This document shows, one piece after another, positions 1 to 8,364 of a stretch of 42,305 nucleotides of DNA; within the stretch, counting starts at the first letter, position 1; every line of letters starts with the position of its first letter. The notes under the pieces were generated by a model, which saw only the letters and a program-made list of their open reading frames with translations, did not search any database and had not been told where the DNA came from. Source of the DNA: a virus (taxonomy: Duplodnaviria; Caudoviricetes); IMG/VR virus record IMGVR_UViG_3300035037_000234, positions 1 to 42,305 of that record; one strand, written 5' to 3'. Position numbers and translations under genes: made by a program.

Positions 1-791
1 AACCACTCAACTTGTTCTATGCCTGCCCTATTATAAGCATCTAATCTTCCTTGATTGATTGCTCTCGAAGATTCTGTTCTGGCAATCATATTAGCGTATC
101 TTCTTTCTGGAATAACATAAGAATATCCTCTTCTTACTACTTTATCATTAACTATTTTAGGAGCTACCTCTACTAATTTAGGATTTAATTTTATTTCCCT
201 TAATCTTCTTGCTATATCATAATTACTATTACCTTCAGCAACTCCAGATGCTACTACTATTTTAATTCTATTTGATAAATCAGAATTTATTTGTCTTAAA
301 GTTTGAAAAGCTGTTTCTTTATATGCAGATGTTTCTCTATATTTCTCCCATTCAATCCCCTCTGAAGATATACCCAAATCAGTTAAACCTCTTTCCATTC
401 CTTGTCCATAAGCCGTACCAAATGTCGTCCACATTCTATTTTCATTGTGTATTGCCGCAACACTTAATTCTTTATCTAATAACTTAGAAAATTTATTAAA
501 ATCAACTTTTGAAAGCTCTTTAGTAATAAATCTCTTTTCTGTAAGCTCATTTAAATTAATTATTAAATTTACTGCAATCTCAACTGTACTTCGTATATAT
601 TCTCCAATAAAGATAATACCAGCATTAACTACCTCATTATCATTTATTAATTTATCAGCCAATTCTTTTCTTAAAGTAACTACTTTACTAAAATAATTCT
701 TGTTATCAAATTCTAAAACATCAATTTTATTTTCTAATTCATTCTCTAGTTTAAAGAAATTAACATATTGTTTAGAGCTCAGATTCAGCAT
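1..791 (-). CDS. Phage head morphogenesis protein (Mu gpF / SPP1 gp7-like), runs off the window edge
   Basis: Not in the ORF track. Manual translation from ATG 791 (MLNLSSKQYV...) stays open to base 1 and ends ...RYANMIARTESSRAINQGRLDAYNRAGIEQVEW, the typical IARTE..A.N.G...Y...G...EW motif. It directly follows the portal gene. Confidence 0.85.
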   Translation of the reverse strand, partial: MLNLSSKQYVNFFKLENELENKIDVLEFDNKNYFSKVVTLRKELADKLINDNEVVNAGIIFIGEYIRSTVEIAVNLIINLNELTEKRFITKELSKVDFNKFSKLLDKELSVAAIHNENRMWTTFGTAYGQGMERGLTDLGISSEGIEWEKYRETSAYKETAFQTLRQINSDLSNRIKIVVASGVAEGNSNYDIARRLREIKLNPKLVEVAPKIVNDKVVRRGYSYVIPERRYANMIARTESSRAINQGRLDAYNRAGIEQVEW

Positions 792-2376
792 CTTCAAAAT
801 CAACTTTCGGTTTTGGTTCTTCTAATAAGTCTGCTATTCTTCTTCTTATTTCTTCTAATGAATCTTTCCTTTGTCCTTTAGTAATATCATTATGTATATC
901 TTTTAAAGTAGAAACCATTACTAAAATATCACCTTCATCTATTTGTTCTAATCCAATCATTTCTCTTGCTTCATTGATTGTTATTACTCCTAATTTGCCC
1001 ATTCTTTCCGCTATTTCTGAATTCTCTATTTTAGTAAACTCTTGTTCTGGTTCTTCATGATATAATTCAATATTTTTGTATCCAAAGGCTTGTCTAATTA
1101 AAACATCATTTAAGTGATGAACTTCTAAAGATAATAAAGGTAAGATTGCATCAGATTTAAATTGTGACCTCTGTTCTTTACTATTTAATTTTCCAGTAGT
1201 ATTATCTATAACTCCTAATACGATGGGCTGCATTCCATATACAGCCATTATTTGAGTCAATGTCCATTTTTGATACTCCATAAACTGCATTTCTTGATGT
1301 GATTCTGAAACTCTTACAAAATTAACATCTTTAGAAGATGTAACTACTAAAGTTGCTCCCTTTTGTTTTGCCTGCATTTTCCAAAAAGTTTGATTAGCTT
1401 TTAATTTATTTGCACTCATACCCGGAAAACTTAAAACACCAGAAATGATTCCATCTGAATCTAATCTTCTTCTATTTAATTTTGCTGCCTGATTATCAGC
1501 TTGAACTATATTATATAAAGTTTCTAATGGAGATATTCCATAAACGCTTCCTGCTGTGGGGTTTGCTGAAAAATAAATTAATTCATTAATAGAAAACTCT
1601 GCAGAAGGTTTACCCATATTATCTACTAAATAATAAGCTGAAGATTCATCTGTAAAATTACCATGTTTATCTACATTCACTTTTATATCTGGTCCACAAA
1701 TATCATATAGTTCTTGTGGAGTAGAAGAGGCTTTATTATCTACTTCTTTAATTTTAGCTTTTATTATTTTAATTTCTTCTTTTAAATTATTTTCTAAATC
1801 ATTTAATTGTTGTTCTTTATTTACATTATCTTCTGATTTTTTATTTAAAATTATTCTCTGCAGTTCCTTATAACAACTATTTAATTTACTATATAATTGC
1901 TTTTTTGTTTCAGTTGTCCCATTAACTATCTCTAAAGCTCCAGCATCATAAATTAAAATATCTTTTAAATATTTTCTTCTTAAATTATCAAAAGATTCTA
2001 TTCTATCATTTGGGTTATCTAATAAATTCTGAACTGCCTCTATTTGCTTTTGTGTTTCTTCAGAAGTATCGGATTGGTCTTTTGGTCTAATCTTTATTTT
2101 ATATTTAACAACTTCTTTTACAATTTTATCAACACAAGCTCTTACCCAGGGATTTTCTGTATAACATCTCCACATCTCACTAATAGTCAAACCATTTAAT
2201 TGAAATATTCTATCTACATAATTTTCACCATAACCAATACCAAAAGAACTAGCTTCATCAATTGTCCCCTTTGAACCCTTTTCTATCTTACTTAATTTCT
2301 TTTCTTTAACTTCTGGTGAAGCATCAAAAATCTCTGCTGTGTTTTCTTTTTTACTTTTAAAATTAAACCAACTCAT
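772..2376 (-). CDS. Phage portal protein
   Basis: Motifs NPWVRACVDKI, LLDNPN, YGISPLE, EMQFME..K....IMAVYG, GVITINEARE..GL. Lies downstream of the terminase and has a GGAGG SD. Confidence 0.92.
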   Translation of the reverse strand: MSWFNFKSKKENTAEIFDASPEVKEKKLSKIEKGSKGTIDEASSFGIGYGENYVDRIFQLNGLTISEMWRCYTENPWVRACVDKIVKEVVKYKIKIRPKDQSDTSEETQKQIEAVQNLLDNPNDRIESFDNLRRKYLKDILIYDAGALEIVNGTTETKKQLYSKLNSCYKELQRIILNKKSEDNVNKEQQLNDLENNLKEEIKIIKAKIKEVDNKASSTPQELYDICGPDIKVNVDKHGNFTDESSAYYLVDNMGKPSAEFSINELIYFSANPTAGSVYGISPLETLYNIVQADNQAAKLNRRRLDSDGIISGVLSFPGMSANKLKANQTFWKMQAKQKGATLVVTSSKDVNFVRVSESHQEMQFMEYQKWTLTQIMAVYGMQPIVLGVIDNTTGKLNSKEQRSQFKSDAILPLLSLEVHHLNDVLIRQAFGYKNIELYHEEPEQEFTKIENSEIAERMGKLGVITINEAREMIGLEQIDEGDILVMVSTLKDIHNDITKGQRKDSLEEIRRRIADLLEEPKPKVDFEDAESEL

Positions 2377-2384
2377 AATTCCTC

Positions 2385-3980
2385 CTATACACTAAACCCT
2401 ACCCAATCACCTTCCGATTCAGAACTCTCCAAAGCCATTAAACTAGCGCCCGCAACAGCATCTGAACAATCTTTAGAACCTCTATCATCATTTTCTTCTA
2501 AAGACCTTCTTCTAGAAATATCAGGGTGGTCTATTTTTCCATTTGATATTCTTTTTAATTCTTCTAATTCTCTTAATAATACTATATATTCATAATAATT
2601 TAATCGTCCTGAATAAATTAATTCTTTTAAAGTTTGATAAGCAACATCATTTTTATCAACTGATAATTGCTCGGAATTAATTTCTCTTTTATTTAATAAT
2701 TGAAGCATATCTACACTCTGATATCCATCTAAAGTTACTTTTGCTATTGGAAATCCCCTATCTTGTAAATTATAAATAAAGTGTCTTATTTTTTCAAAAT
2801 CAATTTCTTTATTATCTTTTCCTTTTAATTGCATTACTAAATCTAAATATACCCCTGTACCTGACTCATCTAAGAAGGGATTTAGTTTATATGGATGAAC
2901 CAAAGCAAAACCAGCACAATCTCCTCCTTCTTTTCCTTTTGCTAAATCAATATGAATATAATATTGTGTATCACTATGTTGTTCTTTTAATTTTCTTATT
3001 TTTATTTCATCTTCTTTATTTTTTTCTACCTTATCAATAAGAGTATTTAATTCCTCGACAGAAAAAGGTTTAAACCAAGAAGCTAATTGTAAACTATTTA
3101 AATCATCTGTCCTTATAGGGTTATCAATAAAGGGAGATTTTCTTTCTTTATTGACATTATTTCTTATTCTATCTCTATAAGTTATAAAAGAATTTCCCAA
3201 AGACCCCGATAATTCATTAGCAAATCTTCTTAATGCTTCTTCTGGGTTTTTATTAAAAGCTGGTGCAAAATCCTCCATAGTCTTATCTGGTCTTACTTCC
3301 CAGGTACACTTTCTACTTCTAAATATATTTTCTACTTGTTTAGTTTCCTCCCAATGAAAATTCATAAAATCATTCTCATCTCTTAAATAAGAAATTAATA
3401 CAATTCTAAAAGGAGCATTTTCCTTTCTTCCCCATCTTGATTGAGCAGTAAACCATAAGTTTTCATAAAGTTCTTTTGCTTTATGTGGCTTAAACTCACC
3501 TACTTCATCAAAAACTGCTAATAAAATATTCTTACCTTCTCCAGTATATTTTTGACTATTTAAACTATGAGCTGTTATATTATTTTTAAATTTAATAGTT
3601 GCTGTCTGTACATCTTTACCGTCTCTTAAATCCATTCCTTTTTCTTCAAACCAGTTTTTTCCAGATTCTGGGTTTATTGTATTTTTAACTGCTTGAGTCA
3701 GTCTCGTAAAGAAAACTTTTTTAGCATGGTCTCCTGAGACGGAAACATTAACTAAGTCTATTGGTTCATTATCAGCAAATTTAAAATATTTTTGAGGAGA
3801 TTTTAAACACATTAAAAAGTACGCTGTATAAGCAATAATTCTAACACAAATAAAATCCTTACCACTATTATGATGAAGAATGTCTTGTGCTAAATAATTA
3901 TGTGTTTCAGGTACCTCTAAATCATAAAAATCTTCCTCACCAACACATTCAATAGATTCTATTTCGTCAAACTTTATCAT
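2385..3980 (-). CDS. terL: C-intein (aa 1-38) fused to the C-terminal part of the terminase large subunit
   Basis: Begins MIKFDEIESIECVGEEDFYDLEVPETHNYLAQDILHHN|SGKD (intein blocks F/G, HN followed by Ser+1). Then Walker B LAVFDEVG and RNase H-like nuclease motifs HIDLA, DG.QS, KIDHP, SKDCSDAVAG. Confidence 0.93.
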   Translation of the reverse strand: MIKFDEIESIECVGEEDFYDLEVPETHNYLAQDILHHNSGKDFICVRIIAYTAYFLMCLKSPQKYFKFADNEPIDLVNVSVSGDHAKKVFFTRLTQAVKNTINPESGKNWFEEKGMDLRDGKDVQTATIKFKNNITAHSLNSQKYTGEGKNILLAVFDEVGEFKPHKAKELYENLWFTAQSRWGRKENAPFRIVLISYLRDENDFMNFHWEETKQVENIFRSRKCTWEVRPDKTMEDFAPAFNKNPEEALRRFANELSGSLGNSFITYRDRIRNNVNKERKSPFIDNPIRTDDLNSLQLASWFKPFSVEELNTLIDKVEKNKEDEIKIRKLKEQHSDTQYYIHIDLAKGKEGGDCAGFALVHPYKLNPFLDESGTGVYLDLVMQLKGKDNKEIDFEKIRHFIYNLQDRGFPIAKVTLDGYQSVDMLQLLNKREINSEQLSVDKNDVAYQTLKELIYSGRLNYYEYIVLLRELEELKRISNGKIDHPDISRRRSLEENDDRGSKDCSDAVAGASLMALESSESEGDWVGFSV

Positions 3981-4885
3981 AATTTTATACCTAAAGCTAT
4001 TAAATCATCTTTTTTTAAAACATCAATAGTTTCATTAGGATATTTTTGTCTAAAAGCAATAACTTTATCTAAATTTCCAATACCCTTTATTTCTATATAT
4101 TTATTTTCTTTCACTAAATAAAAGTCAGGAAAATAATTACCTAATTTATCTAAATTAAAAAATCTTGGTTCATATTTCCATTTAATATTATTTTTATCAA
4201 GATATTCTGCATATTTTACTTCCCAAGAACTTCTCATATTTATATTTTTGTATTTTTGTCTATGCCAATAATGTTGTGGTCCTTTTCTCATAGTTACACA
4301 ACAACTACAAGAACAATCTTTTTTATGTCCTTTCATATGTTTACCAACTTGGTATCTTTTAGAAAAAGTAACTCCTCTAATCTTATTTGTTTTTGATATT
4401 TTCTTTTTTACTGTATCACTACAAGGAATATTTTTATTCCAAGGAGTTCTTCCTTTTACCCACCTACCAGTATTTTTAGCTTCTTTAATATGTTTAGTGT
4501 GTTCTTTTGTTTTTTTAACACCTAACATAGTATTAGAAATTTTATCTCTTCTTTTCTTTTCAACATCTTTATTTAATACTGTAGTTGAATTAATAGCTAT
4601 CTTATCACCAATTTTCAAAGACCTCAAAGGCTGCCACTTCTTTTTTGTATAAAACTTATGGTCAGCACTTACTATAACTTCTTTACCTGATTTTGTTTTA
4701 ACCTTATATAATTTTGTTTTACCCTTTAAAAATGGAACACCTGTTTGCTTGATTATAAATTTATAACTACCATTTTCTTTAATTACAGATTTTATTTTTA
4801 TTCTTTTTTTATTATCTGTTAACTCTTTAACTGTATACTCTTTACCTGTTTCTTCATCTTTTAATATAGTATCCCCAGCAATACA
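3867..4885 (-). mobile_element. Split intein with embedded homing endonuclease in the terminase P-loop
   Basis: Cys1 codon at 4885-4883 and terminal Asn codon at 3869-3867. Removing the element restores the Walker A motif GEG-SGKD. Confidence 0.88.
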
Positions 4886-5116
4886 CCCTTCTCCCCAAAA
4901 TAATAAGTATTCTAAATAATCATAATTCCAAAGACCGTCTTTAAATAAACCGTTAAATACTTCTAACTGTGGTTCAGATAAATATGGAGGTAACCATTCG
5001 TTAAAAAAAACTTCTGGTGTTACTGGCTTTTCTTTCCATACACCATCTATTGAATTAGTTTCATCCTCTATATTTTTTAAACATTCATCTAAAATAAAAG
5101 TCTTTATGTTTTCCAT
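3977..5116 (-). CDS. terL: Terminase N-terminal part (aa 1-77) + N-intein + NUMOD3-like repeats + PD-(D/E)XK endonuclease
   Basis: LLFWGEG|CIAGDT (intein block A), IVSADHKFYT (block B), LKIGDKIA, then KKKIS/PWNK DNA-binding repeats and RSSWE...WKYEP...YFPDFYL...YIEIKG. The TGA stop overlaps the next ATG (ATGA at 3977-3980). Confidence 0.9.
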   Translation of the reverse strand: MENIKTFILDECLKNIEDETNSIDGVWKEKPVTPEVFFNEWLPPYLSEPQLEVFNGLFKDGLWNYDYLEYLLFWGEGCIAGDTILKDEETGKEYTVKELTDNKKRIKIKSVIKENGSYKFIIKQTGVPFLKGKTKLYKVKTKSGKEVIVSADHKFYTKKKWQPLRSLKIGDKIAINSTTVLNKDVEKKRRDKISNTMLGVKKTKEHTKHIKEAKNTGRWVKGRTPWNKNIPCSDTVKKKISKTNKIRGVTFSKRYQVGKHMKGHKKDCSCSCCVTMRKGPQHYWHRQKYKNINMRSSWEVKYAEYLDKNNIKWKYEPRFFNLDKLGNYFPDFYLVKENKYIEIKGIGNLDKVIAFRQKYPNETIDVLKKDDLIALGIKL

Positions 5117-5117
5117 A

Positions 5118-5132
5118 TATAAATAAAGAAAA
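5118..5132 (-). promoter_or_regulatory. Repeated motif TTTTCTTTATTTATA (putative late promoter), 1 nt before the terL ATG
   Basis: Exact copies also at 30059-30073 and 41242-41256; variants at 8267-8281 and 16637-16651. Confidence 0.6.
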
Positions 5133-5137
5133 TAAAA

Positions 5138-5446
5138 TTAACCTTTATTTTTATATAATAATAATTTTATTTTATAAATTAAAGTAAATATTAAAGAGAA
5201 TAATTTATTAATTAATTTTTTAGGAATATTTCTTGCTAACTTACATTCTGAATGACTAAAACAAGAAAGGCATCTCCCGCAAACTAAACATGGAATATGC
5301 CTTTTATAATATTCATCTATCTTACAAGTAGAGGGATTTAATATACAATTGGGATGCTCTATCCAAACTGCTCCTCCTTCTAAATCACAAGCTACTAAAC
5401 ATCCACAAGATAATCTTTCAAATAATGTTTGTTTAGCTTCATTCAT
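5138..5446 (-). CDS. Hypothetical Cys-rich protein
   Basis: Several CxC/CxxC pairs; in operon on the coding strand. Confidence 0.55.
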   Translation of the reverse strand: MNEAKQTLFERLSCGCLVACDLEGGAVWIEHPNCILNPSTCKIDEYYKRHIPCLVCGRCLSCFSHSECKLARNIPKKLINKLFSLIFTLIYKIKLLLYKNKG

Positions 5447-5681
5447 TTTCTTTAATTATTTTTTTATTTTTTAAATAAATTTCTTTCCAAACGTATTTTA
5501 ATTTACCTTCATCATCTAATTTCACAAGTAGTTCTTCTATTTTATCTGAAAAATCTGGTTGTAGTTTAATTAAATCAATTTCTTGTTCTATGTCTTTATC
5601 AAATCTAATTTTATTAATTACTTTTTGCTCCTTATCTTTTTGTTCTATTGTTATTACTAATCTAGGTATTTCCATGTTCAA
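5439..5681 (-). CDS. Hypothetical protein
   Basis: AGGAG SD upstream; overlaps the next gene. Confidence 0.6.
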   Translation of the reverse strand: MNMEIPRLVITIEQKDKEQKVINKIRFDKDIEQEIDLIKLQPDFSDKIEELLVKLDDEGKLKYVWKEIYLKNKKIIKENE

Positions 5682-5731
5682 TCTCCTTTTGTTTATTTTC
5701 TAAATTATCAAACATCCACTATGTGTTTGTT

Positions 5732-6217
5732 TTAGTCCTCCAGTATTTGTCCATCTTTTATCTTGCCCTTCTTTTTTAATAATTCTATGGCGTCTTTAAC
5801 GTTTTGGTCTTCTTCTGACCAGACTGGCTTGAAGCCCCTTCTTTTAAGTTCTGAAATAAGGAAAGGACAAGAAAATGAGTCATTAAATTCGCTTAGATAA
5901 CTCACAAACACCAAATCATTTATCCTTGCCAATACCTTCATTCGTCCAGTTTCATTCTCAATAATATCGGGGTAGTCTATGTTTTCTATGGTATATGGTA
6001 GAAGTTTAAGGTCAGTTACTTTGAAATATTTTAAATCTTCTTTTGTTCCTCTGCCTATACACCAAGAATATTCATAACCGAGTTTGTCTTTAGAAATCGA
6101 CCTGTTAATCTCATTTTGACAGATGTAAAACTTTCCATTCTCTTTCTGTATCTTTGCGTCTTTAATCAGTGTTCCATCAATATTACAAGTTACCCTCTGT
6201 CCTTTTTTGAGTTTCAT
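5732..6217 (-). CDS. Hypothetical protein
   Basis: AAGGAG SD; 161 aa ORF tightly packed with neighbours. Confidence 0.7.
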   Translation of the reverse strand: MKLKKGQRVTCNIDGTLIKDAKIQKENGKFYICQNEINRSISKDKLGYEYSWCIGRGTKEDLKYFKVTDLKLLPYTIENIDYPDIIENETGRMKVLARINDLVFVSYLSEFNDSFSCPFLISELKRRGFKPVWSEEDQNVKDAIELLKKKGKIKDGQILED

Positions 6218-6218
6218 T

Positions 6219-6611
6219 TTATTTCTCCTTTACTAATTCTATATTAAATATCAACCAACAATCTAATATTTTTCTTAAAAAATATTCTGTACAATTTAAT
6301 ATATCATCCTTGGTTAATTTTTCAAATTTCTTTAAAGTAAATTGTTTATCAATATATAAAGGTTTATTTGATAATTCTACTACTTCATTAACTTTAATTT
6401 TTCTTGATTCTTTAAAATAAAAAGTAATTAAATCAATATCATCTCCGCCCTTCAAATTAGAAACATAGAATAGTAGTTTAATTATTTCACCGTATTTATT
6501 ACATAGACAAATATCAGCATAATCATGTAATTTTTCATATACGTTTGTTATATATAATCTTTGATTATTTTTCCAATATTCTTTTTCAATTATTTCCTTT
6601 AATTTTTTCAT
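6219..6611 (-). CDS. Hypothetical protein
   Basis: ATGA overlap with clpP; 130 aa. Confidence 0.65.
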   Translation of the reverse strand: MKKLKEIIEKEYWKNNQRLYITNVYEKLHDYADICLCNKYGEIIKLLFYVSNLKGGDDIDLITFYFKESRKIKVNEVVELSNKPLYIDKQFTLKKFEKLTKDDILNCTEYFLRKILDCWLIFNIELVKEK

Positions 6612-7201
6612 TTTAAAACCCTATCAGCTAATCCCATATTTACTGCATCTTCGCCCGAAAATATATAATCATGTTTACACATATCTTCTATTTTCTTTAA
6701 TGTTATATTTTTATCTTTTTTAATCATTTCATTATAATATATTTCATACATTTTTTGTCTCGTTTTTCTAGATTCTTTACCCCACGCTTCAAATGATTTA
6801 GGAATACCATAATATCCTTCTATTCCGTCATGAATCATTACTTTACAATTCGGAGTCAATAATCTCTTATCACATGCTTGCATTATTATACTCCCCATAC
6901 TCCTAACATAACCGAACCCAACAAATACTACTTTACTTCTTAATCCTAATATGCAATCGTATATAGCCATTCCATGATGCCAATCTCCTCCAGGACTGTT
7001 AAAATATAATTTAATATTTTTAGAACTTAAAGTGTCTAAATAAATTAAATTTTTTATTAATTTTTTAGTTGATAAAAAATCCACTCCCGATTCCCCACAA
7101 TTATCTTCATCATAATTTTCGCTTCCAAAATATACTAATCTTTTAGTTATTAAACAATTTGTTTCATGAAATAATTCAAATACTTTGTGGTTAGATTTCA
7201 T
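6608..7201 (-). CDS. clpP: ClpP-family serine protease (Clp proteolytic subunit-like)
   Basis: YFNSPGG...GMAIYD, RSMGSII (catalytic Ser), MIHD (His), HDYIFSGEDAV.MGLADRV. Confidence 0.88.
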   Translation of the reverse strand: MKSNHKVFELFHETNCLITKRLVYFGSENYDEDNCGESGVDFLSTKKLIKNLIYLDTLSSKNIKLYFNSPGGDWHHGMAIYDCILGLRSKVVFVGFGYVRSMGSIIMQACDKRLLTPNCKVMIHDGIEGYYGIPKSFEAWGKESRKTRQKMYEIYYNEMIKKDKNITLKKIEDMCKHDYIFSGEDAVNMGLADRVLK

Positions 7202-7219
7202 TTAATATCTCCTTAATGA

Positions 7220-7232
7220 TATTATATATTAT
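7220..7232 (-). promoter_or_regulatory. 13-mer ATAATATATAATA promoter-like motif upstream of clpP
   Basis: One of nine exact copies lying just upstream of start codons; contains TATAAT. Confidence 0.7.
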
Positions 7233-7675
7233 TTTGTCATAAAGTAATCTATATATTCTTCATCTAAAATATGCTGTAATTTATTAGAATAAATTGTAAT
7301 AAATTCTTGTAAGAATGGATGTTTACTATAATACTCTTTACCACCAAATGCTATTACTGGTATTTTTCTTTCCCATGCCCAAGCTAATTCACTAACTGTT
7401 CCTATTAGTGGTCTATCTTCTCCAAATGTATCTAAATTAACTATTATTAAATCTGATTCTATTACTGATTTATAATCTTTATATATAATTCCTTTATTAG
7501 GTATATCAGATGTTAATCCATCTTTGCTTATATCCATCATATTATGACCAGCTAAAGGATTTATGAATTTAATATCTCTTGTTAATCTATAATGCTTTAA
7601 TATCTTTTCTCGCCATTCTATACATTCTTTTATTTTATTACCTGATATATAGCCTGCTAGGTAGACCGTGAACAT
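7229..7675 (-). CDS. Nucleoside 2-deoxyribosyltransferase-like / nucleotide N-glycosidase protein
   Basis: VYLAG, INPL, D...V.ESDLIIVNL, GTVSELAWA...KIPVI family motifs. Confidence 0.82.
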   Translation of the reverse strand: MFTVYLAGYISGNKIKECIEWREKILKHYRLTRDIKFINPLAGHNMMDISKDGLTSDIPNKGIIYKDYKSVIESDLIIVNLDTFGEDRPLIGTVSELAWAWERKIPVIAFGGKEYYSKHPFLQEFITIYSNKLQHILDEEYIDYFMTK

Positions 7676-8280
7676 TTTTTTCTCCTTGTTTTAATATGAC
7701 ATTTTTTACATAAAGTTTGTCCATTAGACAATTTCCAAAATGGTTTATAATTTATAGCTAATCTTATTAAAGTTTCTTTATCATCTATTGGGCTAAATTG
7801 AGTATACTCTTGAAGAAACTCTTGTAATATTTGAGCAAATTGTTTTTTATGATGATGAACTTCTAAATAACCACTGTATTGTCCACAATCTTGACAAGTA
7901 TAATTATCCCTTTCAAAAATTTGGGTACGCCAATCACTATATTCTTGTAAACTTCTTATTCTTTGCCATAAAGGTACAACTCCACCTTTCCAAGAAGGAT
8001 TACGAGCTCCAGATAATTGAGGACACTTTTTCCCTTTATTCCAAGGAATCCTACCTTTCATACTCTTTTTTAATATTTCTCTAACCCAATTTGGTCTTTT
8101 TTTACCTCTCATGTATTTACTAAGTTGCTTACTTGCACATTTCCTACACATCCCTTTTCCATAATGAAAACTTTGATATGATATTTTTTCACCGCATTTA
8201 CAATAATATTGTTTTCTCACTAAACATATTTAGGATTATTGTTGTATAAAAACCTATTCCTCATATTATTAATAAAGAAA
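7649..8280 (-). mobile_element. HNH cassette inserted after codon 9 of the deoxyribosyltransferase gene
   Basis: Flanked upstream by an orphan start MFKIYLAGY (8307-8281) and ends in a recoded replacement start MFTVYLAGY (7675-7649). Confidence 0.75.
7657..8220 (-). CDS. HNH homing endonuclease with NUMOD3-like N-terminus
   Basis: PWNKG, G.RNPSWKGG, WR..IFERDNYTCQDCG....LEVHH...NGQTLCKKCH. Confidence 0.9.
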   Translation of the reverse strand: MRKQYYCKCGEKISYQSFHYGKGMCRKCASKQLSKYMRGKKRPNWVREILKKSMKGRIPWNKGKKCPQLSGARNPSWKGGVVPLWQRIRSLQEYSDWRTQIFERDNYTCQDCGQYSGYLEVHHHKKQFAQILQEFLQEYTQFSPIDDKETLIRLAINYKPFWKLSNGQTLCKKCHIKTRRKKCSRST

Positions 8281-8307
8281 ATATCCAGCTAAATAAATTT
8301 TAAACAT
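8269..8307 (-). pseudogene. Orphan original 5' end of the deoxyribosyltransferase gene (MFKIYLAGYFLY*)
   Basis: AAAGGAG SD followed by ATG TTT AAA ATT TAT TTA GCT GGA TAT, matching the N-terminus of 7229..7675. Confidence 0.75.
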
Positions 8308-8325
8308 TTAAGACTCCTTTAAATT

Positions 8326-8351
8326 GAGAGGGGTAAGTAATACCCCCTCTC
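8326..8351. terminator. GC-rich hairpin, probable intrinsic terminator
   Basis: GAGAGGGGTA-AGTAA-TACCCCCTCTC, an intergenic inverted repeat with one bulge. Confidence 0.6.
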
Positions 8352-8364
8352 TTTTGAAAACTAC

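Noticed and set aside
7649-8280. Group I intron interpretation of the HNH insertion
   Set aside because: Only about 60 non-coding nt are available, no catalytic core is apparent, and the downstream gene has its own SD and start.
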